Shown: positions 43,673 to 54,791 of the stretch, in pieces
How positions within the stretch are numbered: the stretch's first letter is position 1
How the letters are laid out: the number at the start of each line of letters is the position of its first letter
Source of the DNA: an uncultured Planctomycetaceae bacterium
GTDB taxonomy: Bacteria > Planctomycetota > Planctomycetia > Isosphaerales > Isosphaeraceae
Assembly (NCBI GenBank): GCA_963833985.1
Contig: CAWIAD010000002.1
Span: forward strand, 2,464,001 to 2,528,000
Direction of reading: 5' to 3'
DNA: 64,000 nt
Translations under genes and position numbers: made by a program
The notes under the pieces: model-generated
The model's database searches: none
Told to the model about the DNA's origin: nothing
Seen by the model: the letters and a program-made list of their open reading frames with translations, nothing else

Positions 43673-45991
43673 ATGATGCGCCGATCACCATGCCTTGCCA
43701 TGCTCTTTGCCACGCCCTTGATGGCCGTCGGGGCAGCCTTCGGCGCACCGCCCGTGACCTGGAACGAGTTGCGGCACTTGCCCGCTGATTGCCCGGTCGT
43801 CTACGACAACGACTGGATCAGCGACACGAACGATGATGAGTATCTGCTGGCAAGGGCTCATCTCGGGAAGGCCAATCTCAAAGGGCTCATTCTCTCGAAG
43901 GACGAGTGGGATCACGGTCGCCAGTACACGGTGCAGGACGGCCGGAAAGATTTCGAGCACAACCTGGCGATCGCGCGCCGCGCGGGATTGCGCAACGTCC
44001 CCGACTTGGCGACCGGCGCCGATCGGCTTCTGGAACGACCGGCGGGCGGCTCGATCGAGGATTCGAAACCCGTGGCCTCGGCCGGGACTGACCTGATCGT
44101 CCGGGAAGCGAGGAGAGCAAGTCCCCGGAAGCCGCTGGTGGTCATTGTCGGCGGCCCACTCTGCACTGTGGCCAGCGCCTACCTGAGCGACCCGTCGATC
44201 GCCGGGCGCATGATCGTGATGATGACCGATATTGACGGCTACAACGGCGCCGACCCGTGGGCCAACTACATCGTGGCCACGCGCTGCAAGCTGGTCAATT
44301 TCGGTGCCAGCCCGCTCTGGTGGCCGCAACGTCCCGAGCCGCCTATCATGCCACCGGGCCGCTTCGACTCGCTGCCGGACCTCGAGCTCACCCGTCGCAT
44401 GAAGGAACTGGCCCAGAAGTTCTGGGACCGGAGCACTCGCAAGGAGAAGCCCGACCGGGACGACGGGTTTGCCGACGGTGCCGGCACCTTCCTGCTGTAC
44501 CGGCCCGAGACGTGGACGGGGGTCAAGAAAGTGCGGGTGACCGGGGCCTGGTCGCACGAGGACGGCCTTGAGGACGACTACCACTACCTCGATGCAACCG
44601 GTATCAATCCTCGGATCATGACCGAGGAATTCTTCGGGACGTTGTCGCTCGCTCTCGGATCCACCGTTTCCAGCCGGAACAGAACAGAGACGCCCTATCC
44701 TGTGCGTGTCAGCGAGAACCGCCACTTCCTGATCGATCAGCACGGTCGACCGTTCTTTTATCTCGGCGACACCGCATGGGAACTCTTCCACAGGCTCGAC
44801 CGGGACGAGGCCGGGGTGTACCTGAAAGATCGGGCAGCGAAGCGTTTCACCGTCATCCAGGCAGTCGTGCTGGCCGAGCACGGTGGACTCGACGCGCCGA
44901 ATGCCCATGGCGATTTGCCGCTCAAGGCCAGGGATCCGACCCGGCCTGTCGAGGCGTACTTCAAGCACGTCGACTTCGTCGTGAATCAGGCCGAAAAACA
45001 GGGGCTGGTCATCGGGATGCTTCCCACCTGGGGCAGTTGGTGGCACGATGGCCAGGGAATCTTCACGCCGGAGACGGCGGAATCGTTTGGCGAGTACGTG
45101 GGCCGACGCTATCGGGACAAGCCGCTCATCTGGATTCTCGGCGGTGACCGTCCTGTCGAGAATGACCACCAGAGGTCCATCATCCGGGCGATGGCCCGAG
45201 GCCTCCGGCAAGGGGATGAAGGCCGCCATCTCATGACCTTCCATCCGCCTGGAGGCCGGGGCTCGTCGGAATGGTTCCTCAACGAAAACTGGCTGGACCT
45301 CAATATGATCCAAACGGGACACGGCTACAACCATGCCAATTATGAAATGATCGCTACCGACTACGCCCGCAAGCCGTACAAGCCCTGCATCGACGGCGAG
45401 CCCGGCTATGAGGACCATCCCGCCGAGTTCAACCCAAAGAACGGCTATTTGAACGAGTACGATACACGCAAGTCCGCTTACTGGTCGCTCTTCGCTGGTG
45501 CCTGCGGACACACGTACGGCTGTCACGACATCTGGCAGTTCTTCGCTCCGGGACGACCTCCAATCACGTCGGCCCGGACGCCGTGGCTGACGGCGAAGGA
45601 TCTCCCCGGTGCCTCTCAGATGCAATACGCACGTGCGCTTGTGGAATCCCGTCCCATCCTGGCTCGCATCCCCGATCAATCGCTGCTGGCATCCGACCCC
45701 GGCCGGGGCACAAACCATCTCCAGGCGACCCGGGCCGCGGACGGAAGCTATGCCTTCGTCTATTCCCCCTCAGGTAGACCTTTTTCGGTGAGCCTGCAAA
45801 AACTCTCCGGCATAAGGTTGCAAGCCTTCTGGTATGACCCTCGGAACGGCAAGGCGAAGGCAATCGCCACATTCCCGCGAGCCGGCCAGAAGGAGTTCCG
45901 TCCTCCCTCCGAGGGTGATGGTAAGGACTGGGTGCTGGTCATCGACGACGAGGCGGTGGGATATCCAGAGCCGGGCAAGACGGGACGTTGA
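43673..45991 (+). CDS. Secreted fusion: nucleoside-hydrolase-like domain + DUF4038/GH140 (apiosidase-like) domain + C-terminal putative collagen-binding domain
   Basis: N-terminal 'YDND...D..DD' and 'GGPL.TVA'. C-terminal half 'G.PFFYLGDTAW', 'WILGGD', 'TFHP', 'KPCIDGEPGYE', 'FAGACGHTYG', 'WYDPRNG' and 'DWVLVI'. Confidence 0.8.
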   Translation: MMRRSPCLAMLFATPLMAVGAAFGAPPVTWNELRHLPADCPVVYDNDWISDTNDDEYLLARAHLGKANLKGLILSKDEWDHGRQYTVQDGRKDFEHNLAIARRAGLRNVPDLATGADRLLERPAGGSIEDSKPVASAGTDLIVREARRASPRKPLVVIVGGPLCTVASAYLSDPSIAGRMIVMMTDIDGYNGADPWANYIVATRCKLVNFGASPLWWPQRPEPPIMPPGRFDSLPDLELTRRMKELAQKFWDRSTRKEKPDRDDGFADGAGTFLLYRPETWTGVKKVRVTGAWSHEDGLEDDYHYLDATGINPRIMTEEFFGTLSLALGSTVSSRNRTETPYPVRVSENRHFLIDQHGRPFFYLGDTAWELFHRLDRDEAGVYLKDRAAKRFTVIQAVVLAEHGGLDAPNAHGDLPLKARDPTRPVEAYFKHVDFVVNQAEKQGLVIGMLPTWGSWWHDGQGIFTPETAESFGEYVGRRYRDKPLIWILGGDRPVENDHQRSIIRAMARGLRQGDEGRHLMTFHPPGGRGSSEWFLNENWLDLNMIQTGHGYNHANYEMIATDYARKPYKPCIDGEPGYEDHPAEFNPKNGYLNEYDTRKSAYWSLFAGACGHTYGCHDIWQFFAPGRPPITSARTPWLTAKDLPGASQMQYARALVESRPILARIPDQSLLASDPGRGTNHLQATRAADGSYAFVYSPSGRPFSVSLQKLSGIRLQAFWYDPRNGKAKAIATFPRAGQKEFRPPSEGDGKDWVLVIDDEAVGYPEPGKTGR

Positions 45992-46085
45992 GGCGTGCTC
46001 TCGGCCGATGAACCGCGTTGTCAACCCGTCCTGGGGGAGGCGTGTCGAAACAAATTCGACTCCACTCCTGCGTCCGGCAGACCGG

Positions 46086-47561
46086 TCACTTCCAGACGTA
46101 CGTTCCCACGGCGCCGGCAGACAGGGTTGAAGTCAGCAGCTTGTCCCCGTCCCGGATACGGAACGTCTGCGGCGTGCGGCCGTCGTTGAGCACGATCAGC
46201 ACGGTCTGCCCGCCCGGTGCCTTGAAGGCCACGTTTGGCAGCAGGCGCGACACGCTGGACGCGACACGCACGGATCCTGGCCGGACGAACTTCGAGGCAT
46301 GCGCAACGATGTAATAAGCGGGATTGCGCGTGACCCTGTCGCCGTCAATCGTGACCGCTCCCAGACAACGAGAACAGCCTCCCGGCGTATGGGGCCGAAA
46401 GCTCGAATCGGCCGCCAGGTTCCATTCCAGCACCGTGCGGCTCCAGTTGCGGCTGGCGCCGATTGTCAGCTCGCGAGTGTGCCAGACGAGGTCGCCTTTC
46501 AGGTTTCCCGGCGCGCCGATCCACTGCTCGGTGAAGTAAACGTTCTTCCCCGGATGGGCCTCGTGGACGGTGGACATCGCGTCAATCTTCCCGGCGTAAA
46601 GGTGGAACGCACTACCATCCACATATTTGCACGCTTCGGCGTCATTGAGCACGGAGATCGGATAATCCGGCCGATCACAGTTGTGGTCGTAAATGATGAT
46701 CCTGGTGTCGAGCCCGGCCTGCTCGATTGCGGGGCCAAGGTGCTGCTTGATGAACTCGGCCTGCTCCGAGGCCTGCATCAGGAGACTCGGGTTGTTTCCC
46801 GGGTGCAGTGGTTCGTTCTGAACGGTCACCGCGTCAATGCGGATGCCCTCTGCCCTCATGCCCAGGACATACTTCACGAAGTACCTGGCGTAGGCCCCAT
46901 AGAACTCAGGTTTCAGGCTCCCGCCGATTGTTTTGTGGTTGCTCTTCATCCAGGCCGGCGGTGACCAGGGCGAGCCCATGATCTTGATGCCCGGGGCGAT
47001 CTTCAGGACCTCCTTCAACACGGGGATCACGTCCCCGAGATCCGGCGCCAGGCTGAACCGGTTCAACTGAGGATCGACTTGCCCGTCAGGAAGATCATCG
47101 TAGGAGAAGACGCGCTCGTTCAGATCGGAGGCGCCGATCGACACCCGCAAGTAACTGACGCCGATGTTCGTGCCATCGGTGGCGAATAGCTCCTTCAGCA
47201 AGGCGCCTCGACTACCCGCGTTCATGCGGATGATGTGCCTGGCACTGCCGCCGGTCAGGCTAAAGCCAAAACCATCGATGGTCTGATACGTCTTCTGCTC
47301 ATCGATTTCGATCGTGGGGTTCTGGCTTCCGGCGCCGCCCACGACCACGCCGTCCTTCTGTTTTTCGAACCGCGCCGAACCATCGGGGTCCGTGAGCCAG
47401 AGATCCACCTGCGCGTGAACATTCGATGCTGGGAGGAATGCTCCGCAGATCAGGAGCACGAAGAGCCGCGCGTGTCGGCGGCAGGTCTCCGCGGGCCCCG
47501 GGATGGCGCCAATCCCCGCGCATACGGGCCGGCTCGTAGTGACGATCCGCATGGGGAACAT
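46086..47561 (-). CDS. Glycoside hydrolase family 30 (glucosylceramidase/beta-1,6-glucanase-like)
   Basis: YQTIDGFG, RVSIGASD, SPWSPPAWMK, TVQNEP (acid/base), YDHN, AFHLY, YFTEQ (nucleophile) and H.SKFVRPGSVR. Confidence 0.9.
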   Translation of the reverse strand: MFPMRIVTTSRPVCAGIGAIPGPAETCRRHARLFVLLICGAFLPASNVHAQVDLWLTDPDGSARFEKQKDGVVVGGAGSQNPTIEIDEQKTYQTIDGFGFSLTGGSARHIIRMNAGSRGALLKELFATDGTNIGVSYLRVSIGASDLNERVFSYDDLPDGQVDPQLNRFSLAPDLGDVIPVLKEVLKIAPGIKIMGSPWSPPAWMKSNHKTIGGSLKPEFYGAYARYFVKYVLGMRAEGIRIDAVTVQNEPLHPGNNPSLLMQASEQAEFIKQHLGPAIEQAGLDTRIIIYDHNCDRPDYPISVLNDAEACKYVDGSAFHLYAGKIDAMSTVHEAHPGKNVYFTEQWIGAPGNLKGDLVWHTRELTIGASRNWSRTVLEWNLAADSSFRPHTPGGCSRCLGAVTIDGDRVTRNPAYYIVAHASKFVRPGSVRVASSVSRLLPNVAFKAPGGQTVLIVLNDGRTPQTFRIRDGDKLLTSTLSAGAVGTYVWK

Positions 47562-48635
47562 GACGCGCCTTTCCAGTAATGAGGCCGGAACCTGGCCAAC
47601 AAGAGGCCCGGCGGGCCATCTCGCCGAGTAGCAACCCCCAGGATACCAGAGGCCGGTAGGGAATCGCACGGGTCAACGGCATTGCCCCCACACTCGAACG
47701 GCGCGCCGACTCGCTCGTGTTGCTGGCGGGACGGTTGCCGGCTCGCATGACATGAGAGATCGCTCACCCGAGCCCATACAAGACCGCGCGGTTTGAAAAC
47801 CGGCGGCAAGGCCAGCGAGAGTGAGCGGAAACGGACCTGAAGCCCGGAACCTGCGTCCGCGTCCCTTGCAGGCCCGCCGGCTCGCCAATACCCCCCTGAG
47901 GCCACGGTCGTTCCTCGATCGCTGCACGCGGGACGAGCCCGGTCTAACCGAGCGCCAGGGTAGGGGCCTTCCTTCTGCGCATGGCAATGAGGGCGGGGCT
48001 GGCGGCTGGACTGTATGTGATGGTCGCCCTGCCGGACACGCCATTGGCTGTGGCCTGCACCACGGCGGTGCCACTGCCGGATTGCGGGGCTGTGTAAAGG
48101 CCGGTCTTGCTGATCGCGCCGCGTCCGCTGGGCTTCGACCACGAAAACCTGGGCTGGGTCGCCATCGCCTGCGAGAACTGGTCGAGCACCTCGGCAGAGA
48201 ACTGTTGCGTCGCTCGGTCTGCCAGGCTGACCGAGGAAGGAGTCACCAGGATGCTGGTGGTGACCTGTTTCACGGTCACATTCACGCTGCTGGTCACGCT
48301 CAGTCCTCCCTGGTCGGTGATGGTGACCAGGAACGTGTAAGCACCGGCGCGGTTGAAGGTCACAACGGTCTTCTTGGCGGCATTTGTGCCGTTCGCGCTG
48401 TATACGGGTGTCGCCCCGCCCGGCTCGGCGGTGGCCTTCCAGGTGTACCTGAGGTTCGATTCGCCTCCGTCATCAGCACCCAGGGCGGCGAGACTCGTTG
48501 TCGTTCCGCGGACCGGGTTCGGCGTCGCGGATGCGGGCTGGGCCACGGTCGGCGACTTGGTTGCCGCTCGACTCGTAGGTGAACTGGTCGGCGGCCACTA
48601 CAGGAGACGTTCCGTAACCGAAGACCGGGTTGTTA

Positions 48636-49988
48636 GGCGAGCGGCAGGTCTTAGTTTCCCTGCTGCTCGGTGATTCTCGGTTTGATAGTGATGTCATACT
48701 TCGGCAGGGTCGCCGATCTTTCCAATCGAGCTTCGTACTGCTTCATCTCCTTGGCGGCGACTCGAACGCCATCGGGATACTCGCCGTGGAGGCGTTTCAC
48801 GATCGGGTGCCGGCGCTTCCAGGTCATTCGTAGGGCGCATTGCAGGACCACCTTCAGGCAGTTCAGTAACACGCCGTTCCATTTCTTCTCCAGGGCCGAC
48901 CAGCAGCGTTCAATCGGGTTGTATTTGCTGTGGTAGGGGGGATAGTACACCAACCGAATCTCCAACCCCGACCAGTCGGCAAACTGGACCATCCGTTTCA
49001 GGAACTGGGTCCGCCGACCGGAGTTCTTGGGGCCGTTGTCCAGATAGATCACCAGGCGCTTGACATGCCCGAAGCCTGACCGGACCTGCAGCCACCACAT
49101 GCGGAGCGCATCGGCCCAAGCGTCGCTGGTCTCGCGCGATCCGAACAGGAGCATCAATACCCCGGTCACCCGCATCACGATGCCGAAAGGGACCAGCTTC
49201 TCCTTGGCTGGCGGATCGTGATCCCATCCCTTGGCCACTTGACCGTCGGCGGCGGTCCTGGTTTTTCCCCCCACGAGCGTAATCGCCCAATCCCACCTTC
49301 GCCTTGGTGTCCATGGAGATCTCCAGCGCCTCAGGATCGTCCCGAGCCTGTTGCTGCACCTCCTTCACGTTGGCGAAGATCGCGTCGGTCTCCTTGGTCT
49401 TCTTCAGCGGCCTGCCCTTCTGAATCCGCTTGAGGCGGAAGTTCATGCGGTTGAGGATGTCCCGCATGGTGCGCTCGCTGGGCAACGCGTCTCGGGGATA
49501 GCCCTTGTCAATCAAGGCTCCTCGCACCTCCGCCGCCGACAGGTTCATGTACCGTCGCGACGACTTCAGTTCCGGATCGGCGTAGGTATGGGGCTCGACG
49601 ATCGCACGGATGTCCGCAGCCAGTTGCGGGTCCTTCTCTTCGCTGCGCAGCCGACCTCTCGCGACGAAATTCTCGAGACAGCGTATCCCTTGACGGGCCT
49701 CGTGCAGTCCTTTCAGGACCGTTTCTCGTCCCCAGCCGAAGCGTCGTTCAGCTTGGCGGGCGCTGCCTTCACAGAGTTCCGTGGCCACCTCGGCCATGAA
49801 CAATCGGCGCTGGTATCCGGTCAGCCGTCTGGCTCCCGAACAGATCAAGGCGTCGAGGCACTCAGTGGATCCTTCCATGACGGTTCCCCTCCCTGGTGTA
49901 CAGACGGCAACAGGCCAGGCTCTAGCCTTGCATCATCTCACAGAACGGGGAAGCTCAATTCCGGGTAGATCTCGACGTGCCGGTCGCC
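48636..49988 (-). mobile_element. Insertion sequence, ISAzo13 family, 1353 bp
   Basis: Imperfect terminal IRs GGCGAGCGGCAGGTC (48636) and GACGTGCCGGTCGCC (ends 49988). 3-bp direct repeat TTA at 48633-48635 and 49989-49991. Confidence 0.92.
48651..49878 (-). CDS. ISAzo13 (Rhodopirellula-type) DDE transposase, split at a G6A5 run
   Basis: ISMDTK, LDNGPKNSGRRTQF and YYPPYHSKYNPIERCW. Two overlapping ORFs join near 49262-49272. Confidence 0.9.
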
Positions 49989-51814
49989 TTAATGTTGTCG
50001 GAATCGGACTCCGTCACTCCGGACTGCACCGTGACGTTCACGGTTCCTGTACCCGACGGAACAACGGCGGTCACGTGCGAATCATCAACGACCGTCACCT
50101 TGGTGGATGCGGTATTACCGAAGAAAACCTGAAGATGGCCGGCGGCACCGGAGTTGTTCGCGCCGGTGATTGTGACGGTTGATCCGGCCGAACCCGACGA
50201 GGCGCTCAGCCCCGACACCGACGGCGTCAGGTTCACGACCTCAAAGTCGCTGAACGTCAAGCTTTTCAGACCGTGCACGGTATCCTGGATGTCGCTGTCG
50301 TTCCATGTCGATGTGAAATTATTGTTGGCATCAACGGAATAGCTTGACCCGCCGATGTAGAAATTGCTGCCATTGTCCGCGACGATCACGCCGTAGGTTT
50401 TCATGGCCTGCGCAATGATCTGCGACTCCGGATCAAGCTGCGAGATATCGACACTGGCTTTCAGCCGCAGCCGCGCACCCATGGGAGGCTGTACGGCGGC
50501 ATTGGTCCCCGAGTTCGCGATATGCGACGCAGGATAGAGAAACTTATCTAGGATGATGTTGTTCTGGAGTGTCATCCGGATCGCGTGGTTGATGACTCCC
50601 TGTCCACCCTGGCTGACCGGCAGTGCCTCGTCGGGCCGGGTCAAACCCGGAAGAATTGGCAGGCCCGCGGCGTCGGCGGAGGTCCAGCCGATGGTCCGGA
50701 ATGTGTTGGTATTCAGATTCCACACGCTCTCCTGGTCAGCGTGCCACAGCCCATCCGAATTCTCACTTGGCCGGGATGCATGGTAGAACTCGTAAACAAT
50801 ATTGTTGTCTTCATCCCAGACGAGCAGATGCGAATCGCCCCGGTTTGCCAGGCCCACGGTCGGCCCGTTCTGCATGTCGCCCTCGAGGACCGCATTGGCA
50901 GGAATTGGAGCATTCTGCTGGTCACTCTCGGACGCGTAGGCGCCAAGAACAACCTGGACCTTGGCCTGGGTGTTCCCGTGCACGACGTTGAATGGAATGC
51001 CGTAGAGCGGATTATTGCTCTGCGTGTCCTGGCCAAAGTCGGGATGCAGGTTCCCGTTGCCGTAAAGGCTGATGATGTTGTTGATGATCGCCGTCGAATT
51101 GGGGGCCGCAGGCGCCGAGGCAATGTTCTGGTTCCAGGGATTGTCAGAAGGGAAGAGCTGCTGCCCCAGAAGAGTCAGGAGCTCACGACTCTCCAGCGAG
51201 TCGACACGAGGCAAGGCACGATGCCCAGGGTGGCGCGCAGGCCTTCCCGACCTGGAGCAGGGACGATTCAAGCTGCCGAGCATGGGGGAATTCCTTGAGG
51301 AGAAAGGACGATCGCATCCCCGCACCGCGAATGTGGCATCGATAGGTTTCGCCAGGGACACGAGTGAATGCGGTGCAGAAACGAGAGGCCGGTCCAGCGT
51401 TCGATCGGGGCACTCACGCAGTGCCGCGCGAGAGAACTTGCAAGGGTTGCACGACTCTTCATGAATCGGTGGCAATCATTCGTCTGCGCGATCCGCGCTT
51501 CATGAAGCCGCACCGACGCGGCTGATTCTATCACCATCATCTTGCTCTTGACGACCGTTCCGTCAGACGGCCTCTGCGAATCTCGATCTAACCTTGCGAT
51601 CGTGAATTCACATAAGGATTGAGGCTCGGAGGGCCGGGTACGTTCAGTCGCTTCGCGCTGACCAAAGTCAAATGAGTAGAAATAGAAGTACGAAGATATT
51701 CGGAGCGAATGACGTCATGGTGCCTTGTGTGACGTTCTGTGAAGTCCTGATCCGGATGCCGTGACATGCCGCGCGGTCAGGCCAGGGGCGAGCACGCGGC
51801 TGGCGGGAAACGCA

Positions 51815-54283
51815 TCACGGCAGCGGGTTCAGTGGGTCAAGGGGCGCTCGGAAGTGAAACGGAACAGCTTGTCGTGCAGAATGGCGGCGTAGTCGCGCGA
51901 GCTGGTTGCGGGGCGAGAGGCGCAGCGCGGTCGTCGCCTCGGCCAGCGCCCCCCTCAGCGTTCGTTCGATCACGGGGTAATCCAGGACCTGCCAGCCGTT
52001 CTTGGCTTCCTGTTCGAGCGCCGTGCACAGGATGAGGTGAAACCAGGGCTCGTTGGCGTCCCTTCTTGCCAGGGTCCTGGCGAAGGCCGACAGCCATGCG
52101 GCGGTGTGGCGTGCGTTGTCCAGGCGCTTTTCCCGCCGTTGCGCCGCGGCCCGACTCGCCATCATGCAGGCCAGCTTATAGCCAGCGATGGGTACCACGG
52201 AATGATTCAGCCCCAGTGATTCGCAGTTCGATTCCAGTGCCCGGATGACCGCGTCGGCCCGGGCACCTGGTGCCGCGCTTCCGTTCTCTCGGCCCGCCGC
52301 TTCCATCGAGATTGCGCTTGGGTAGACCAGTTCAGCAATCCAGCAGCCGAGATGCTCACTGGCCGGCGCAGGAACATCCTCATCGGCCGGGAACCTGCGG
52401 ATCGCTGCCCGGATCATCGCGAACGAGCGCTCATCGGCCGCCAGGTCCAACCTCGCAACCGCCGCGATGAGCCCGATCAAGGGGGCGCATGCGCCATCCT
52501 TGCCCGGGCTCTCGAGCATGCGAATGTTCGTTTCCAGCAACTTTCGCCGCTGATCCTCCAGTCCGCGGGCACCCAGCCGAGTGGCGATCGATCGTCGCAA
52601 TGAACCGAGTAACAGGATGGTCTCCAGCCGTCGCGGGTCCTGAACCAGGCTTGCCAGAACTTCGCCGGCACATTCGGTCCGGGCGAGCGCCGCGTCAAAC
52701 CGGCCCTGAACAAGGTCGCACTGGCCCAGGTTCAGCAGGGCGCGACTGTACGCTTCGTCGACATCCGGGTCGTGCACGGTTTTTCTTCGCTCCTCCAGGA
52801 TCTCCAGGCTGTCCTCGAGCAGTGCGCGCGCCTCGGAGAACCCCCCGCGCGACAAAAAGGCGATCGCCAGCTTGCTCTCGAGGTCACAGATCGCGACGAC
52901 GTTGGAGGTGGCGAACTGTCGATCCTGGCGTGGCCTGAGAGTCAGCTCGCGGACAACGTGGGAGGCCTCGCCAAGGCGTTCGGACATGAGCATCCGAGGT
53001 GTATCGACGGTCGCTGTGATGAGATCGACGAGATCGTGCACTGCGCTAAAGGCGGCCTTGTCGCTCTCGATCGCATAAGCCAGGGCGGTCTCGGCACGCG
53101 CGCGGTCAGCCTCGGAAAGCCGCCAGAGAGCAAGCAATCCGACAAGGCTTGACGCCACGGTGAACGCGAGCAAGCCCAGCAGCGAGGCGAATGCAGGGCG
53201 TCGCCGGCACCATCTCAGTACGTGGTCCAGAGTCGAGGCGGGACGTGCCCGGATCGGAAACCCATCAAGCCAGCGCTCGATGTCGTCAGCCAGCGCGCCG
53301 GCGGAAGCGTATCGCCGTTGCGGGTCCTTCCGCAGGGCAGTCGCGGCAATGGTTTCCAGATCGCGCGGCAGCCCCGGGACCAGCGCTTGCGCGGGGGCGG
53401 GCTCGCGTGTACGAACCAGGTCGAGCGTCTCGATCACCGATGCGGCCTGGAACGGAGGACGCCCCGTCAACAGGGCGTACAGGGTTGCCCCCAGGGCAAA
53501 GACGTCGGCAGGCGGCCCGATCCCGCCAGGACCGCCGACAATCTGCTCCGGCGCCATGTACGAGGGTGTGCCCCGCGGTTCGGCGGGACCGTTCGCGGTT
53601 GCGACCGGGTCGTCGCCCACCCAGGCAATTCCGAAGTCTGCGAGCATCGGCGTGACCCGGTCCCAACCCTCCTCGGGGAGGCCGTCGAGCAAGATGTTTG
53701 AAGGCTTGATGTCAAGATGCAACGTCCCGGCGTAGTGGATCTGCTCGACGGCCCGAGCGACCTGCACCATCAACCCGGCCGCGACGCGCGCCGGTAAGGG
53801 GCCGTTCACGCGCTCCGCAAGACTTCCCCCGGCGATCAGATCGAGCACAAGATAAAGGCAGCCGTCCCGTTCGCCCGCTTCGTGAATCTGGACCACGTTG
53901 GGATGGCGAACTCGCCCGATTGCCCGCGCCTCGCGAAGCCAGCGCCTGCGATCCTCCGCACCGATGCCGATACTCGCCCGAACCACCTTGATGGCCACAC
54001 GGTGCGCCAGGCGCGGCTGCCACGCCTGATAGACGACGCCCATGGCGCCGCGCCCCAGCTCGCGTTCGATCACGAAGCCGGGGAACGCAAGGGGGTCCAA
54101 CGGCGTGACAACGGTTGCGGGGCCCGGTTCCTCGCCATGGGACAAAGAAACCGCCAGCCGTTCCAGGATCTCCTGGCAACTCGCGCACTCCTGGACGTGA
54201 GACTCCATCGCCGCGAATCCGCAGCCGCTCGATGGGTGACACGCGACATGGCTGAGCGTCTCGGGACTGGGACATGGCGACAT
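51815..54283 (-). CDS. Ser/Thr protein kinase with N-terminal zinc-finger (HxxxCxxC), TM helix and TPR-like C-terminus
   Basis: HVQECASC, LGRGAMGVVY, VAIKV, HLDIKPSN, DFG, GTPSYMAPEQ, DVFALG and RDLETI. Confidence 0.92.
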   Translation of the reverse strand: MSPCPSPETLSHVACHPSSGCGFAAMESHVQECASCQEILERLAVSLSHGEEPGPATVVTPLDPLAFPGFVIERELGRGAMGVVYQAWQPRLAHRVAIKVVRASIGIGAEDRRRWLREARAIGRVRHPNVVQIHEAGERDGCLYLVLDLIAGGSLAERVNGPLPARVAAGLMVQVARAVEQIHYAGTLHLDIKPSNILLDGLPEEGWDRVTPMLADFGIAWVGDDPVATANGPAEPRGTPSYMAPEQIVGGPGGIGPPADVFALGATLYALLTGRPPFQAASVIETLDLVRTREPAPAQALVPGLPRDLETIAATALRKDPQRRYASAGALADDIERWLDGFPIRARPASTLDHVLRWCRRRPAFASLLGLLAFTVASSLVGLLALWRLSEADRARAETALAYAIESDKAAFSAVHDLVDLITATVDTPRMLMSERLGEASHVVRELTLRPRQDRQFATSNVVAICDLESKLAIAFLSRGGFSEARALLEDSLEILEERRKTVHDPDVDEAYSRALLNLGQCDLVQGRFDAALARTECAGEVLASLVQDPRRLETILLLGSLRRSIATRLGARGLEDQRRKLLETNIRMLESPGKDGACAPLIGLIAAVARLDLAADERSFAMIRAAIRRFPADEDVPAPASEHLGCWIAELVYPSAISMEAAGRENGSAAPGARADAVIRALESNCESLGLNHSVVPIAGYKLACMMASRAAAQRREKRLDNARHTAAWLSAFARTLARRDANEPWFHLILCTALEQEAKNGWQVLDYPVIERTLRGALAEATTALRLSPRNQLARLRRHSARQAVPFHFRAPLDPLNPLP

Positions 54284-54314
54284 GGGGCAATCTCGCACCC
54301 GCCTGGGAACCTGG

Positions 54315-54791
54315 TCAATTCTCGACTCGTCGGACTTCCGGCTCGCCCTGCGATTCGGTCAGGATCCGCTGGCTCTCATCGCGCAGCATGCGGCTCACTC
54401 GCTTCTCGGCTGCAAAATCGGCGTAGTACGAGATGCCGGCATCCTCCGCGCTCTCTCAGACCGACTTCCCTTCGATGGCAATGTTCCAGAACACCTGCCA
54501 CGTCCGTTCGTGCACGCGGCCTCGCACGGTGTTCTGAACCTTCTCGGCCTCGCGGAGCAGGCTTGTCTGCTCGCGAGCCACGCTCTCCTCGACCTAGAAC
54601 GTCATGGAAGGGGCCTCCACAAGCACTGCCCCTGGCTGATCCTCCAGAGAGGCAACAGGATTGGCTTTCTGCTTCCGCAGCAGGTCGATGGCCCGCGATT
54701 GACACAGCCGTCAGAGCCATCCGCGAAACGTCTTTCCCGGATCGTAGCGGTAGGTTCGCATGCGTCGCGCGACCTCGATCCAGACCCGCTG
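54315..54791 (-). pseudogene. ECF sigma factor pseudogene (5'-truncated, three in-frame stops)
   Basis: The minus frame reads QRVWIEVARRMRTYRYDPGKTFRGWL*RLCQSRAIDLLR...VHERTWQVFWNIAIEGKSV*ESAEDAGISY. Stops at 54711-13, 54594-96 and 54456-58. Lies directly upstream of the kinase. Confidence 0.85.

Larger units (their letters stand above)
47944..51283 (-). pseudogene. Extracellular LEPRxLL-motif protein with IPT/TIG and Ig-like domains, interrupted by ISAzo13
   Basis: The 5' part (49989-51283) has LESRELL and an IPT/TIG-like segment; the 3' part (47944-48635) has PKD/Big-like repeats. Removing the IS and one TTA restores an in-frame junction ...DSDNI-NNPVFGYG. Confidence 0.85.

Noticed and set aside
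43685..45718. Long antisense ORFs (this 677-aa one; also 22426..24489, 25876..27642, 19118..20701, 17379..18878)
   Set aside because: They lie opposite clearly recognisable genes and reflect high-GC codon bias; they show no motifs.
54315..54791. Stop-codon recoding (TGA read-through) in the ECF remnant
   Set aside because: The stops include both TGA and TAG, TGA terminates most genes in the window, and the gene is also 5'-truncated.
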